A DNA stretch of 64,000 nt from Sedimenticola sp. (GTDB lineage: Bacteria > Pseudomonadota > Gammaproteobacteria > Chromatiales > Chromatiaceae), in the NCBI GenBank assembly GCA_026989135.1, contig JALSJZ010000092.1, forward strand, positions 439 through 64,438. The letters are read 5' to 3'. Numbering within the stretch: position 1 is the stretch's first letter; every line of letters starts with the position of its first letter. Position numbers and translations under genes: made by a program. The notes under the pieces are model-generated. The model saw only the letters and a list, made by a program, of their open reading frames with translations, did not search any database and was not told where the DNA came from. Shown here piece by piece: positions 1 to 9,649 of this stretch.

Positions 1-981
1 GGTATTGGTGCCTATCACAGCACCATTCAGGCGGCGATTGATGCGGCCAGTGATGGCGATGTCGTGGTGGTGCTGCCGGGCAGCTATGCTGAAAATCTGA
101 CCCTGGGGCTGAACCCTGCGGATAGCGTGAATATCATGCTTAAATCCCGTGATGGTGCCGCTAGCGTTACGGTTACCGGCACGGGTGCAGACTCTCCGGT
201 TATTCAGATCTTTGGTGGTAACAGCTCCACGCTACAGGGTTTCACGATAAATAATATTCACTCGGGTGGCGACCTCTCCCAGGGGATCTCTATCTCCAAC
301 GCCTCGCCAACCATTGAACAGTGCATCATTGAAGACAATATGCTTGCAACCTATAAGCCGGGCGGGGGCATTCGTGCCAACTCTGGCAACCCGGTTATCA
401 AGCGCAGCTGGATCAGAGGTAACAATGGTGATGAGGGCAGCGGTATCTACTGCTTCAGTGGCACCCTAACATTGATCAATGCCATCGTGAGTGGCAATGG
501 CAAGTCTGGCCAGGGCAATCAAGGTGCGGGTTTGCATGTTGCAGCAGCCTGCTCTGCAACCATTATCAGCAGCACCTTTTCAGGCAATCGGGCGCAGAAT
601 GGCGGGGCGATCAACGGCCCCGGATCAGTGACTGCAAAATACAGCATCTTCTGGGGTGATGAGGATGAGTTCTATGGCCCAGGTGAGCTGGCAGCCGGAT
701 ATGATGTAACCTACTCAGTGATTCAAGGGGGTTATGCCGGTACCGGCAACAGGCTCAATGATCCGAAATTTATACTGCCCATACCGGCGGCCAGTGCGCC
801 AACGGTGATGGGTGACTACCAGCTTCAGGGCTATACCCATACGCAGGATGCGGTGCTTGATCTGCTGCTGCAAGGGGGCGATACCTTAGACCCACTGGCT
901 CCAGCCGATGACTATTATGGCGATCCAAGACCCAGCGGTGCAGGTTACACCATGGGTGCTGATGAGGTGGGGGTTCAGTAG
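1..981 (+). CDS. Right-handed parallel beta-helix repeat protein, 5'-truncated by the window edge
   Basis: The frame is open from nt 1 (GIGAYHSTIQAAIDAASDGDVVVVLPGSY...), upstream of the tracked GTG at 64. It has successive Gly/Asn-rich rungs (ISISNASPTIEQCII, IRANSGNPVIKRSWI, IYCFSGTLTLINAIV, LHVAAACSATIISSTF) typical of pectate-lyase-fold proteins. Stop codon at 979-981. Confidence 0.75.
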   Translation, partial: GIGAYHSTIQAAIDAASDGDVVVVLPGSYAENLTLGLNPADSVNIMLKSRDGAASVTVTGTGADSPVIQIFGGNSSTLQGFTINNIHSGGDLSQGISISNASPTIEQCIIEDNMLATYKPGGGIRANSGNPVIKRSWIRGNNGDEGSGIYCFSGTLTLINAIVSGNGKSGQGNQGAGLHVAAACSATIISSTFSGNRAQNGGAINGPGSVTAKYSIFWGDEDEFYGPGELAAGYDVTYSVIQGGYAGTGNRLNDPKFILPIPAASAPTVMGDYQLQGYTHTQDAVLDLLLQGGDTLDPLAPADDYYGDPRPSGAGYTMGADEVGVQ

Positions 982-1150
982 CACCTAAATCCTGCAAATG
1001 CTCGCACTCACATAGCGCAAACTATTGATCCGTATAGTGATATGAAACTTTTCGGCTATCACAATAAGGATGACACTCAAAGTTGTCATTCACTCTACGA
1101 ATCAATATCTTACACTCTGCAAGCACGATCACTTGCAGGATTTAGGTAGC
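981..1150. repeat. REP-like palindrome (arms 983-997 and 1132-1147) separated by a 119-bp AT-rich insert
   Basis: acctaaatcctgcaa (983-997) is the reverse complement of ttgcaggatttaggt (1133-1147). The same palindrome occurs as a compact hairpin at 25679-25722. The hexamer ctgcaa is directly repeated at 992-997 and 1117-1122, on either side of the insert. Confidence 0.6.
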
Positions 1151-1242
1151 AGAGCAACACCCGGAAGCAGGATTTTAGTCCTGCCTTGGACGGGGCTGCC
1201 AAAGGCAGGCGCTTTAGGTGAAGCCCCATTTCCGGTTTTGGC

Positions 1243-2091
1243 TCAGGCGACCAGCTGAGCCTTGATCTTATTCATTGCACTCTTTTCAATCTGGCGGATG
1301 CGTTCGGCAGAGACGTTGTAGTGGTCGGCCAGCTCGTGCAGGGTGGCCTTCTTATCGGATAGCCAGCGGGCTTGCAGGATGGCCTTGCTACGCTCGTCCA
1401 GATCATCCAGTGCGGTATAGAGCAGCTTCTGCTCATGGCTTGTGCTGTCGGCGTGCTCCAGTTGCGTGGCAGGCTCCATACGCATATCGGGCAGGAAGGA
1501 TGCCGGTGCTACCGGGTGCTCCTCATCGCTGCTCTCTTGCAGATCAAAGGCCATATCCTGTCCGGCGAGGCGGGATTCCATCTCCAGCACGACTTCAGGC
1601 TTAACCCCCAGGTCTTTGGCGACCCCTTCCACCTCCTCCTGTGAGAACCAGCCCAGCCGCTTTTTGGCGCTGCGCAGATTGAAGAAGAGTTTGCGTTGCG
1701 CCTTGGTGGTGGCGACCTTGACGATGCGCCAGTTGCGCAGCACAAATTCATGGATTTCAGATTTGATCCAGTGAACTGCAAATGAGACCAGGCGCACGCC
1801 CATATCGGGGTCAAAGCGGCGAACCGCCTTCATCAGGCCGACCGTGCCCTCCTGAATGAGATCGGGCAGCGCCAGACCATAGCCAGAGTAGCCGCGTGCG
1901 ATGCGAATAACGAAGCGAAGATGGGACATCACCATGATGCGCGCAGCTTCCAGATCGTTGTGATCGCGCAGGCGAACTGCCAGATCATGCTCCTCTCTGG
2001 TGGTTAGCATGGGAAGCTGATAGGCGGCACTGATATAGGCGTTGATGCTGCCCGTGGGCAGGGCAACGGGCATTGCGAGTTCTCGGTTCAT
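1243..2091 (-). CDS. rpoH: RNA polymerase sigma-32 (heat-shock sigma factor RpoH)
   Basis: 282 aa. Carries the RpoH box QRKLFFNLR plus sigma70-family regions 2 and 4 ([19 protein letters not shown]; [19 protein letters not shown]). It follows ftsYEX, as in E. coli and Pseudomonas. Confidence 0.95.
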   Translation of the reverse strand: MNRELAMPVALPTGSINAYISAAYQLPMLTTREEHDLAVRLRDHNDLEAARIMVMSHLRFVIRIARGYSGYGLALPDLIQEGTVGLMKAVRRFDPDMGVRLVSFAVHWIKSEIHEFVLRNWRIVKVATTKAQRKLFFNLRSAKKRLGWFSQEEVEGVAKDLGVKPEVVLEMESRLAGQDMAFDLQESSDEEHPVAPASFLPDMRMEPATQLEHADSTSHEQKLLYTALDDLDERSKAILQARWLSDKKATLHELADHYNVSAERIRQIEKSAMNKIKAQLVA

Positions 2092-2174
2092 CTCTCTCCC
2101 TCAAATTTGGATTAAGTGGTTGTCCGCACTCTCTTTTTAAGTGGAGTGTAGATCATTTTTTAGCAGTCTACTAT

Positions 2175-2201
2175 AGAGAGTGCTAATTTCCAAAAAAGTT
2201 C
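2175..2201 (-). promoter_or_regulatory. Possible sigmaE-type promoter upstream of rpoH (weak call)
   Basis: On the minus strand, GAACTT (2201-2196) is followed by a 16-nt spacer and TCTCT (2179-2175). This resembles the sigmaE consensus GGAACTT-N16-TCTGA used at E. coli rpoH P3. The -10 match is only partial, so this rests on motif inspection alone. Confidence 0.2.
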
Positions 2202-2208
2202 TGGAGTG

Positions 2209-3138
2209 TTAACTGGGTTCAATGCTGCTGAGATGACGCCCCACCGCAATCCAGGAGCCAAACAGCCCCAGCAGGGTGCTGCCAAGCAGCAGAAAACCAA
2301 GGGTTTGGCCGTCGATGGCTGAGAGGTCAAATTCACTGTGATAGAGCCCGGCCAGACGCTCTACCGGCTCGTTGAGCGCCCACAGTGAGAGCGTCACCAG
2401 CAGCCAGGCGAGAATGCCGCCAGAGAGTCCGTACCAGAAGCCGTTATAGAGAAAGGGGCGGCGGATGAAGGCGTCTGTGCCGCCGATCAGCTTGGTGATC
2501 TCGATCTCGCTTCTGCGGTTCTGGATCTCCAGCCGGATGGTATTGCCTATGATCAGCAGCACCGCCAGCCCCAGCAGCAGGCCGATCACCATGACGCCAC
2601 GTTGGGCGATCTCTGTGATGGCGTGAAAGCGGCGCACCCACTGCAGGTCAAGCTGGGTAAAGTCCACCTCTGTCAGTTGATTGAACTCGGCCAGCAGCGC
2701 CTCAGCGGCCTCCGGGGTGCTCTGTTGCGGATGCGGTTCAATCACCAGCACCGTGGGCAGCGGGTTTTTCTTTAGCGCCTGAAGCGCGCCTTCGAAGCCG
2801 CTGAGGCGCTGGAACTCCTCCAGTGCCAGATCGGGGTCGATCAGCTGCACGGTTGCCAGCTGTGGATGCGCTCTCAATCGGTTGGCCAGCTGCATGGCCT
2901 GTTTTTCATCCACCTCCTGCTTCAGAAAAAGGGAGAGGGTGGCGGTGCCGTCCCAGCCCCCCGCCAGTTGCTGGACGTTGCTCAGGGCGACATGCATGCC
3001 GGTGGGCAGGGCGAGTGCGATGCCGATAACCGCAGCGGTCATCAGGGTGGCCAGCGGGGCGCGGCAGAGTCGTCCCAGGCTGGCCAGTGCCACCTGCAGG
3101 TGGCGTAGCAGCCAGGTATTAAGGTGCTGTCTGTTCAT
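2209..3138 (-). CDS. ftsX: Cell-division permease-like protein FtsX
   Basis: 309 aa with four hydrophobic segments and a C-terminal FtsX-type fold (ITKLIGGTDAFIRRPFLYNGFWYG). It overlaps the ftsE stop by 4 nt and sits in the conserved ftsYEX order. Confidence 0.9.
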   Translation of the reverse strand: MNRQHLNTWLLRHLQVALASLGRLCRAPLATLMTAAVIGIALALPTGMHVALSNVQQLAGGWDGTATLSLFLKQEVDEKQAMQLANRLRAHPQLATVQLIDPDLALEEFQRLSGFEGALQALKKNPLPTVLVIEPHPQQSTPEAAEALLAEFNQLTEVDFTQLDLQWVRRFHAITEIAQRGVMVIGLLLGLAVLLIIGNTIRLEIQNRRSEIEITKLIGGTDAFIRRPFLYNGFWYGLSGGILAWLLVTLSLWALNEPVERLAGLYHSEFDLSAIDGQTLGFLLLGSTLLGLFGSWIAVGRHLSSIEPS

Positions 3139-3809
3139 GACCGGCTGGCAGCGGTATCACGCATCAAACGGCTATGGCTCAGGGTGAGGATGCGCTTGCC
3201 CATGTTTGAGATAAGTTCCAGATCATGCGTCGCGATGAGCAGGGTGACCCCGACCTGATTGAACTGGCTGAAGAGATCCATGATCTCCTGTGAGAGTGTC
3301 GGGTCGAGATTGCCGGTAGGCTCGTCGGCCAGTACCACGGGGGGTTTGCTGACCACCGCCCGGGCGATGCCAACGCGCTGCTGCTCGCCACCGGAGAGGG
3401 TGATCGGGTAGACCCGCTCTCTATTCAGCAGGCCGACCTTGTCCAGCGAGGCGTGCACCCGGCGGCTGATCTCCTGATGGCGCAGCCCGGCCACCACCAG
3501 CGGCATGGCGACGTTGTCGAATACGGTGCGGTCATTGAGCAGCCGGTGATCCTGAAAGATCATCCCCACTTCGCGGCGGTGGTAGGGAACCTGGCTGCGT
3601 TTGATCTTGGCGAGGTTGCGTCCACCCACCCGTACCTGACCACGGGTGCAGCGCTCCAGCAGGCCGATCAGGCGCAGCAGGGTGCTTTTGCCTGCGCCAG
3701 AGTGGCCGGTCAGAAAGACCATCTCTCCCGGTGTGATGTGGAAGCTGGTGTTGCTCAGCCCCTCATGCCCGCCGGGGTAGCGTTTGGTGACGTTCTCGAA
3801 GTGAATCAT
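3135..3809 (-). CDS. ftsE: Cell-division ABC ATPase FtsE
   Basis: 224 aa. Walker [13 protein letters not shown] signature [14 protein letters not shown], Walker [13 protein letters not shown]. Confidence 0.95.
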   Translation of the reverse strand: MIHFENVTKRYPGGHEGLSNTSFHITPGEMVFLTGHSGAGKSTLLRLIGLLERCTRGQVRVGGRNLAKIKRSQVPYHRREVGMIFQDHRLLNDRTVFDNVAMPLVVAGLRHQEISRRVHASLDKVGLLNRERVYPITLSGGEQQRVGIARAVVSKPPVVLADEPTGNLDPTLSQEIMDLFSQFNQVGVTLLIATHDLELISNMGKRILTLSHSRLMRDTAASRS

Positions 3810-3845
3810 GTTTGGTCTGTTTTGACCCGCTTCCGGGTATAAAGC

Positions 3846-5123
3846 CTACTCCTCAAATAGCGCGTCCACGAACTCTTTGGCATTGAAGTAGCGCAGATCC
3901 TCAATCGCCTCACCCACGCCGATGAAGCGGATGGGGATCTGCATGCGGTCGGCAATGGCAAACAGGATACCCCCCTTGGCGGTGCCATCTAGCTTGGTCA
4001 GGGTGATGCCGGTGATGGGGATGGTCTCATTGAACTGTATTGCCTGATTGAGGGCGTTCTGCCCAGTGGTGGCGTCCACCACCAGCATCACCTCATGCGG
4101 GGCATCGGGGTCGACCTTCTGCATCACGCGGGCGATCTTGGCCAGCTCATCCATCAGGTTGCCTTTGGTGTGCAGGCGTCCGGCGGTGTCGGCAATGAGC
4201 ACGTCGATGCCCCGGGCCGTGGCCGCCTGCAACCCGTCAAAGATGACGGAGGCGGAGTCTGCCCCTGTGTGCTGGGCAATCACCGGGATGCGGTTGCGTT
4301 CGCCCCAGGCCTGGAGCTGCTCTACGGCAGCGGCGCGGAAGGTGTCTCCGGCAGCCAGCATGACGCTGTTGCCCTCCTCCTGCAGCTGTTTGGCCAGTTT
4401 GCCGATGGTGGTGGTTTTGCCTGCGCCGTTGATGCCGATCATCAGGATCACCTGAGGCTTGCCGGGGGATGGCTGCCGCACCGGCTTTTCGCTCTGTTGC
4501 AGAATATCCTGCAACAGGGTTTTGAGCGCAGCTGAGAGTGCGCTGGGGTCGGAGAGCTCTTTGCGCCGGACGCGCCCGTTGAGGTTGTTGATGATGCGGG
4601 TGGTGGCCTCGACCCCCACGTCAGCGACCAGCAGCAGGGTCTCCAGCTCTTCGAGCAGCTCATCGTCGATCTCTTTATGCCCCAGAACCAGGTTGGCCAG
4701 GCCATCGGTAAAGTTGCTGCGGGTGCGGGTGAGGCTCTTTTTCAGGCGCTTGAAGAAGCCGGGCTTGCGTGCTGGGGCGGGTTCCGTGGGTGTTTCCTGA
4801 ACAGGCTCAGCGACCTCTGGCTCAGCTGAAGCCGCGGCCTCTGGTGCTACAGGTTCTTCTGCGCTGGCTATCTCTACAGCCGTTGGGGTGGGCTCTTCCT
4901 GTTCAATCTCATCGGAAGGTGCCTCGGCGGTTGCCTCTTCTGTAACAGCGGGTTTTGCTTCAGGCTCAGGTTGTGTTTCGATCAGCTCTTCTACAGCTTC
5001 AGCTTCTTCAGGCTCGCTTGCAGCCGCCTCTTCAGCCAGTTTTTTTGCGGCCTCCTCGGCGGCTGCCTTTGCAGCGGCTTCAGCTTCTTGCTTTTTTCTC
5101 TTTCGTCTACCAAATCCAAACAT
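3846..5123 (-). CDS. ftsY: Signal recognition particle receptor FtsY
   Basis: 425 aa. Acidic Ala/Glu-rich N-terminal A domain followed by an SRP-GTPase NG domain (GINGAGKTTTIGKLA, DTAGRLH, TKLDGTAKGG). Confidence 0.95.
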   Translation of the reverse strand: MFGFGRRKRKKQEAEAAAKAAAEEAAKKLAEEAAASEPEEAEAVEELIETQPEPEAKPAVTEEATAEAPSDEIEQEEPTPTAVEIASAEEPVAPEAAASAEPEVAEPVQETPTEPAPARKPGFFKRLKKSLTRTRSNFTDGLANLVLGHKEIDDELLEELETLLLVADVGVEATTRIINNLNGRVRRKELSDPSALSAALKTLLQDILQQSEKPVRQPSPGKPQVILMIGINGAGKTTTIGKLAKQLQEEGNSVMLAAGDTFRAAAVEQLQAWGERNRIPVIAQHTGADSASVIFDGLQAATARGIDVLIADTAGRLHTKGNLMDELAKIARVMQKVDPDAPHEVMLVVDATTGQNALNQAIQFNETIPITGITLTKLDGTAKGGILFAIADRMQIPIRFIGVGEAIEDLRYFNAKEFVDALFEE

Positions 5124-5294
5124 GATTTGTTATCCAGCTGGAACCTTAATCAAGGTGGTGAGTCTTTAATGACTTTGGACATCTCCCCCTGGCTCTGAAA
5201 AAATGCCGGGTTCAGATCCAATCATCTGTATAAAGATGAATCCTAACATTTTGATGGGGAACTCCCTATCCCAATCGTGACTCAGGAAGACGAA

Positions 5295-6662
5295 ATGAGA
5301 CGTTCTATTTGGATATTGTTGCTGTTTTGGTGCAGTCCCGTGGCATTTGCAGCATCGCAGGTGCATGAGTTTCAGCTGGATAACGGCATGAAGGTGATTG
5401 TGAAGGAGGATCACCGCGCACCGATTGTGACCTCGCAGGTCTGGTACAAGGTTGGCTCCAGCTACGAGCACCGGGGTATCACCGGGGTCTCCCATGTGCT
5501 GGAGCACATGATGTTCAAGGGGACAGAAAAGTATGCGCCGGGTGAGTTCTCGCGCATCATCGCTGCCAATGGCGGGCGGGAAAATGCCTTCACCGGGCGG
5601 GACTACACCGCCTATTTCCAGACGCTCTCCAAGGATCGGCTGGAGGTCGCTTTCGAGATGGAGGCGGATCGCATGCGCAATCTGGTTCTGCTGCCGGAGG
5701 AGTTTGCCAAGGAGGTGGAGGTGGTGAAGGAGGAGCGCCGGCTGCGCACCGAAGACAAGCCCACCTCGCTGACCTATGAGCAGTTCAATGCGGTGGCCTT
5801 TCGCAGCTCGCCCTACCGTAACCCGGTCATCGGCTGGATGAATGATCTGGATAATATGACGGTGGATGACCTGCGCACCTGGTATCGGCGCTGGTATGCC
5901 CCGAATAACGCCACGCTGGTGGTGGTGGGCGATGTGGATGCCAAGGCGGTGCTGGCCCTGGCCAAGAAGCATTTTGGTGCCTTCAAGCCAGAGAAGATCA
6001 ACGGCTCCAAACCCTCAAAGGAGCCGCCCCAACTGGGAGAGATCAGGCTGAAGGTGCATGCCCCGGCGCGCCAGCCCTATCTGCTGATGGGGTATAAGGT
6101 GCCGGCGCTGGGGACGGCCGCACAGGCATGGGAACCCTATGCGCTGGAGATGCTGGCAGCGGTGCTGGATGGTGGCTCCAGCGCCCGTTTTGCGCGTAAC
6201 CTGGTGCGTGGGCAGGAGATCGCGGTTTCAGCCGGTGCGAGCTACGGTGCCTTTACCCGGCTCCCCAGTCTGCTGCTGCTGGATGGATCACCGGCAGAAG
6301 GGGAGACGATAGCAGATCTCGAGGCTGCGTTGCTGGCCGAGCTGGAGCGGATCAAAACCGAGCCGGTTACCCGCCAGGAGCTGGAGCGGATTCAGACCCA
6401 GGTGGTGGCCAGCAAGGTCTATGAGCAGGATTCAGTCTTCTATCAGGCGATGCAGATCGGCGTGCTGGAGACCATTGGCCTGGATTGGCGGCTGAATGAC
6501 GAGTATGTCGACCGGCTCAAGGCGGTCACGCCAGAGCAGGTGCAGGCGGTGGCCAAAAAGTATCTGGTAAAGGATCAGCTGACCGTTGCCGAGTTGGTGC
6601 CACTGTCGATGGCGATGGCAGCGCCGGTAAAAGCGGCTGCGGGAGGTCGTCATGGTCATTAA
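5295..6662 (+). CDS. M16 (pitrilysin-family) zinc peptidase, catalytic-type subunit, secreted
   Basis: Inverted zincin motif HVLEHMMFKG. I placed the start at ATG 5295 (AGGAAG lies 6 nt upstream), which yields the signal peptide MRRSIWILLLFWCSPVAFAAS. The track starts the ORF at GTG 5277. Confidence 0.85.
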   Translation: MRRSIWILLLFWCSPVAFAASQVHEFQLDNGMKVIVKEDHRAPIVTSQVWYKVGSSYEHRGITGVSHVLEHMMFKGTEKYAPGEFSRIIAANGGRENAFTGRDYTAYFQTLSKDRLEVAFEMEADRMRNLVLLPEEFAKEVEVVKEERRLRTEDKPTSLTYEQFNAVAFRSSPYRNPVIGWMNDLDNMTVDDLRTWYRRWYAPNNATLVVVGDVDAKAVLALAKKHFGAFKPEKINGSKPSKEPPQLGEIRLKVHAPARQPYLLMGYKVPALGTAAQAWEPYALEMLAAVLDGGSSARFARNLVRGQEIAVSAGASYGAFTRLPSLLLLDGSPAEGETIADLEAALLAELERIKTEPVTRQELERIQTQVVASKVYEQDSVFYQAMQIGVLETIGLDWRLNDEYVDRLKAVTPEQVQAVAKKYLVKDQLTVAELVPLSMAMAAPVKAAAGGRHGH

Positions 6663-7986
6663 TAATAGAGGAGACGCCGTTGTGAGAATCTGGATTGCCG
6701 CTGCGGTTTTTATCGTATCACTCTCATCCTCAGCCCTGTTTGCGGGGCCAAAGATCCAGACCTGGCAGACGACAAATGGGGCAAAGGTGCTGTTTGTACC
6801 TGCGCCAGAGCTGCCGATGGTGGATATTCGAATGGTGTTCGATGCAGGCAGCGCCCGTGATGGTGACAAGCCAGGGCTGGCGCAGCTGACCGCGGCCCTG
6901 CTGCGTCAGGGTGCAGGCGGTTGGGATGCCGATCAACTGGCCGAGCGGATGGAGGGCGTGGGTGCAAATTTCAGTACAGGTTCCGCACGGGATATGGCCT
7001 GGGCAACGGTGCGCAGCCTGACCGAACCCAAGGCGCTCAACACCGCGCTGGAGACCCTGTCGGCCGTCGTGGCCCAGCCACGTTTTGATGCGGCGGATTT
7101 TAACCGGGTGCGCGAAGCGATGCAGGTTGGTCTGCGTCAGAGTGAGCAGAACCCTGGCTCTGTGATTTCGAAGGCTTTTTTCGCTACGCTGTTTGCGGGG
7201 CACCCCTATGCCTCTGATCCGGGCGGCACCCAGGAGTCCCTGGCGGCCATGCTGCGGGAGGATCTCATTGGCATGCACAAAACCTACTATGTGGCACGCA
7301 ACACAGTGGTGGCGATAGTGGGTGCGGTGGATCGAAAACAGGCAGAAAAGATCGCCACGCAGCTCACGGCCGGTCTGGCAGAGGGAGAGCCCGCCCCGGC
7401 ACTACCGGAGGTTGCGGCGCTGACCAAAGCGGTGACAAAGCAGATCAATTTCCCCTCTTCACAGTCGCATATCCGGCTGGGACAGCCCGGCATCAGCCGG
7501 GGTGATCCAGACTATTTTGTGCTCTATGTGGGCAACCACATCCTGGGCGGTGGCGGATTTGTTTCGCTGCTGACCAATGAGGTGCGCGAGAAGCGTGGTC
7601 TCTCCTACAGCGTCTACAGCTACTTCAGCCCGATGCGTATGGCAGGCCCGTTTGTCATGGGGGCGCAGACCAAGAATGCGCAGGCGCAAGAGGCACTGGC
7701 GGTGATGCGCAAGACGCTACAGGAGTTTATCGACCAGGGGCCGACCCAGCAGCAGCTGACCGCCAGCAAGCAGAACATCACCGGCGGCTTCCCGCTGCGC
7801 ATCGCCAGCAACAAGGATATTGTTGGATATCTGGCGATGCTGGGCTTTTATGATCTGCCGCTGGACTATCTGGACACCTTCGTTGGCAAGATCGAGGCGG
7901 TAACGGCGAAGCAGATCAAAGAGACCTTTCAGCGGCGATTGCAGCCGGATCGCTTCGTTACGATTGTGGTGGGCAGTGCTGAGTGA
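6652..7986 (+). CDS. M16-family peptidase-like protein lacking the HxxEH motif (non-catalytic partner type)
   Basis: 444 aa with an M16 fold (MVDIRMVFDAGSARD...; C-terminal M16_C-like region). GLAQLTAALLRQG occupies the position of HxxEH. N-terminal signal-like segment. It overlaps the upstream M16 gene by 11 nt, and GTG 6682 is an alternative start. Confidence 0.8.
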   Translation: MVINNRGDAVVRIWIAAAVFIVSLSSSALFAGPKIQTWQTTNGAKVLFVPAPELPMVDIRMVFDAGSARDGDKPGLAQLTAALLRQGAGGWDADQLAERMEGVGANFSTGSARDMAWATVRSLTEPKALNTALETLSAVVAQPRFDAADFNRVREAMQVGLRQSEQNPGSVISKAFFATLFAGHPYASDPGGTQESLAAMLREDLIGMHKTYYVARNTVVAIVGAVDRKQAEKIATQLTAGLAEGEPAPALPEVAALTKAVTKQINFPSSQSHIRLGQPGISRGDPDYFVLYVGNHILGGGGFVSLLTNEVREKRGLSYSVYSYFSPMRMAGPFVMGAQTKNAQAQEALAVMRKTLQEFIDQGPTQQQLTASKQNITGGFPLRIASNKDIVGYLAMLGFYDLPLDYLDTFVGKIEAVTAKQIKETFQRRLQPDRFVTIVVGSAE

Positions 7987-8000
7987 GGCTGAAACGAAAA

Positions 8001-8253
8001 GGATTGAACCTAGATTCCGCAGTTGACCGCTACGAGGATAGATCAACATATTGATATGCATAATATTTTACACCTTTATCTAACTCACCTGCTGGGTGAA
8101 TTACGCTACGGGGCGGATTGCACGCTTGCGGGGGCGTATGGCCGCGTTGCAACTCCTTGGAATAGAACAACTATTCTACGTCGTTGCGCCTTGCCATACA
8201 CCCCCGCAAGCGCACACTCCACCCCGTCCAACTGCGGATTCTAGGTTGAACCA
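8001..8253 (+). repeat. ERIC/MITE-like structured intercistronic repeat, copy A (core 8009-8245, 237 bp)
   Basis: The terminal inverted repeats are cctagattccgcagttga and tccaactgcggattctagg. An internal imperfect stem of about 35 bp pairs 8119-8153 with about 8195-8229. The element is near-identical to the reverse complement of 18222-18479. Confidence 0.85.
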
Positions 8254-8800
8254 GGTTCGCATCATTGGCGGGCAGCACCGGGGTCGCCGCCTGACCTTTC
8301 CTGATCTGCCCGGACTGCGTCCTACCGGGGATCGCATCCGCGAGACCCTGTTTAACTGGCTGCAACCCCTGCTTCCAGGTGCCCGCTGCCTGGATCTCTT
8401 TGCCGGCAGTGGTGCCCTGGGGTTGGAGGCGGCATCCCGTGGGGCGGGAGAGGTGCTGCTGCTGGATCAATCCCCGCAGGTTGTTCAGCAACTACAGGGG
8501 CATATCGCGGGTTTAGGGCTAAATCAGGCCAAAGCGGTGCAGGCCGATGCGCTGGGCTGGCTGCAAGCCGCCCCGCCAAAATGCGCTTTTGATATTGTCT
8601 TTATCGACCCGCCTTTTGGCGCAGGGCTGCTGCAACCCTGTTGCCAGCAACTTGCATCGAGTGGCCTGTTGGCAGAAAATGCGCGGGTGTATCTTGAGAC
8701 GGATGTGGTAGAATCGCTTCCTTTTTTTTCGCGAGAGTGGCAAATCTTACGTGAAAAGAGGAGTGGACAGGTGGCCTACTATCTGCTTGCCTGCCCATAG
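8246..8800 (+). CDS. rsmD: 16S rRNA (guanine966-N2)-methyltransferase RsmD
   Basis: Conserved VRIIGGQHRGRRLTFPDLPGLRPTGDRIRETLFNWL, SAM motif LDLFAGSGALGLEAASRGA, and DPPF. The tracked start at 8096 would make the first 50 aa come from the repeat element. I therefore propose TTG 8246, but the start is uncertain. Confidence 0.8.
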   Translation: MNQVRIIGGQHRGRRLTFPDLPGLRPTGDRIRETLFNWLQPLLPGARCLDLFAGSGALGLEAASRGAGEVLLLDQSPQVVQQLQGHIAGLGLNQAKAVQADALGWLQAAPPKCAFDIVFIDPPFGAGLLQPCCQQLASSGLLAENARVYLETDVVESLPFFSREWQILREKRSGQVAYYLLACP

Positions 8801-8858
8801 CGCAGGGCAGGGAGTTTGTCCTTCAGCCAATCTGGAACTATTATCTGTTCCATTGTGA

Positions 8859-9621
<763 letters not shown>

Positions 9622-9649
9622 TCAGGTGATTTCCGGTCTGTTACCGGCT

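Noticed and set aside
5166-5972. 268-aa minus-strand ORF antisense to the first M16 peptidase gene
   Set aside because: It is fully overlapped by a gene with a clear HxxEH peptidase signature on the other strand, and it has typical shadow-frame composition.
8096-8245. Upstream 50 codons of the tracked RsmD ORF (start at 8096)
   Set aside because: These codons lie entirely inside the repeat element, which also occurs at 18222-18479. Homology to RsmD begins only at about 8246 (VRIIGGQHRGRRL).
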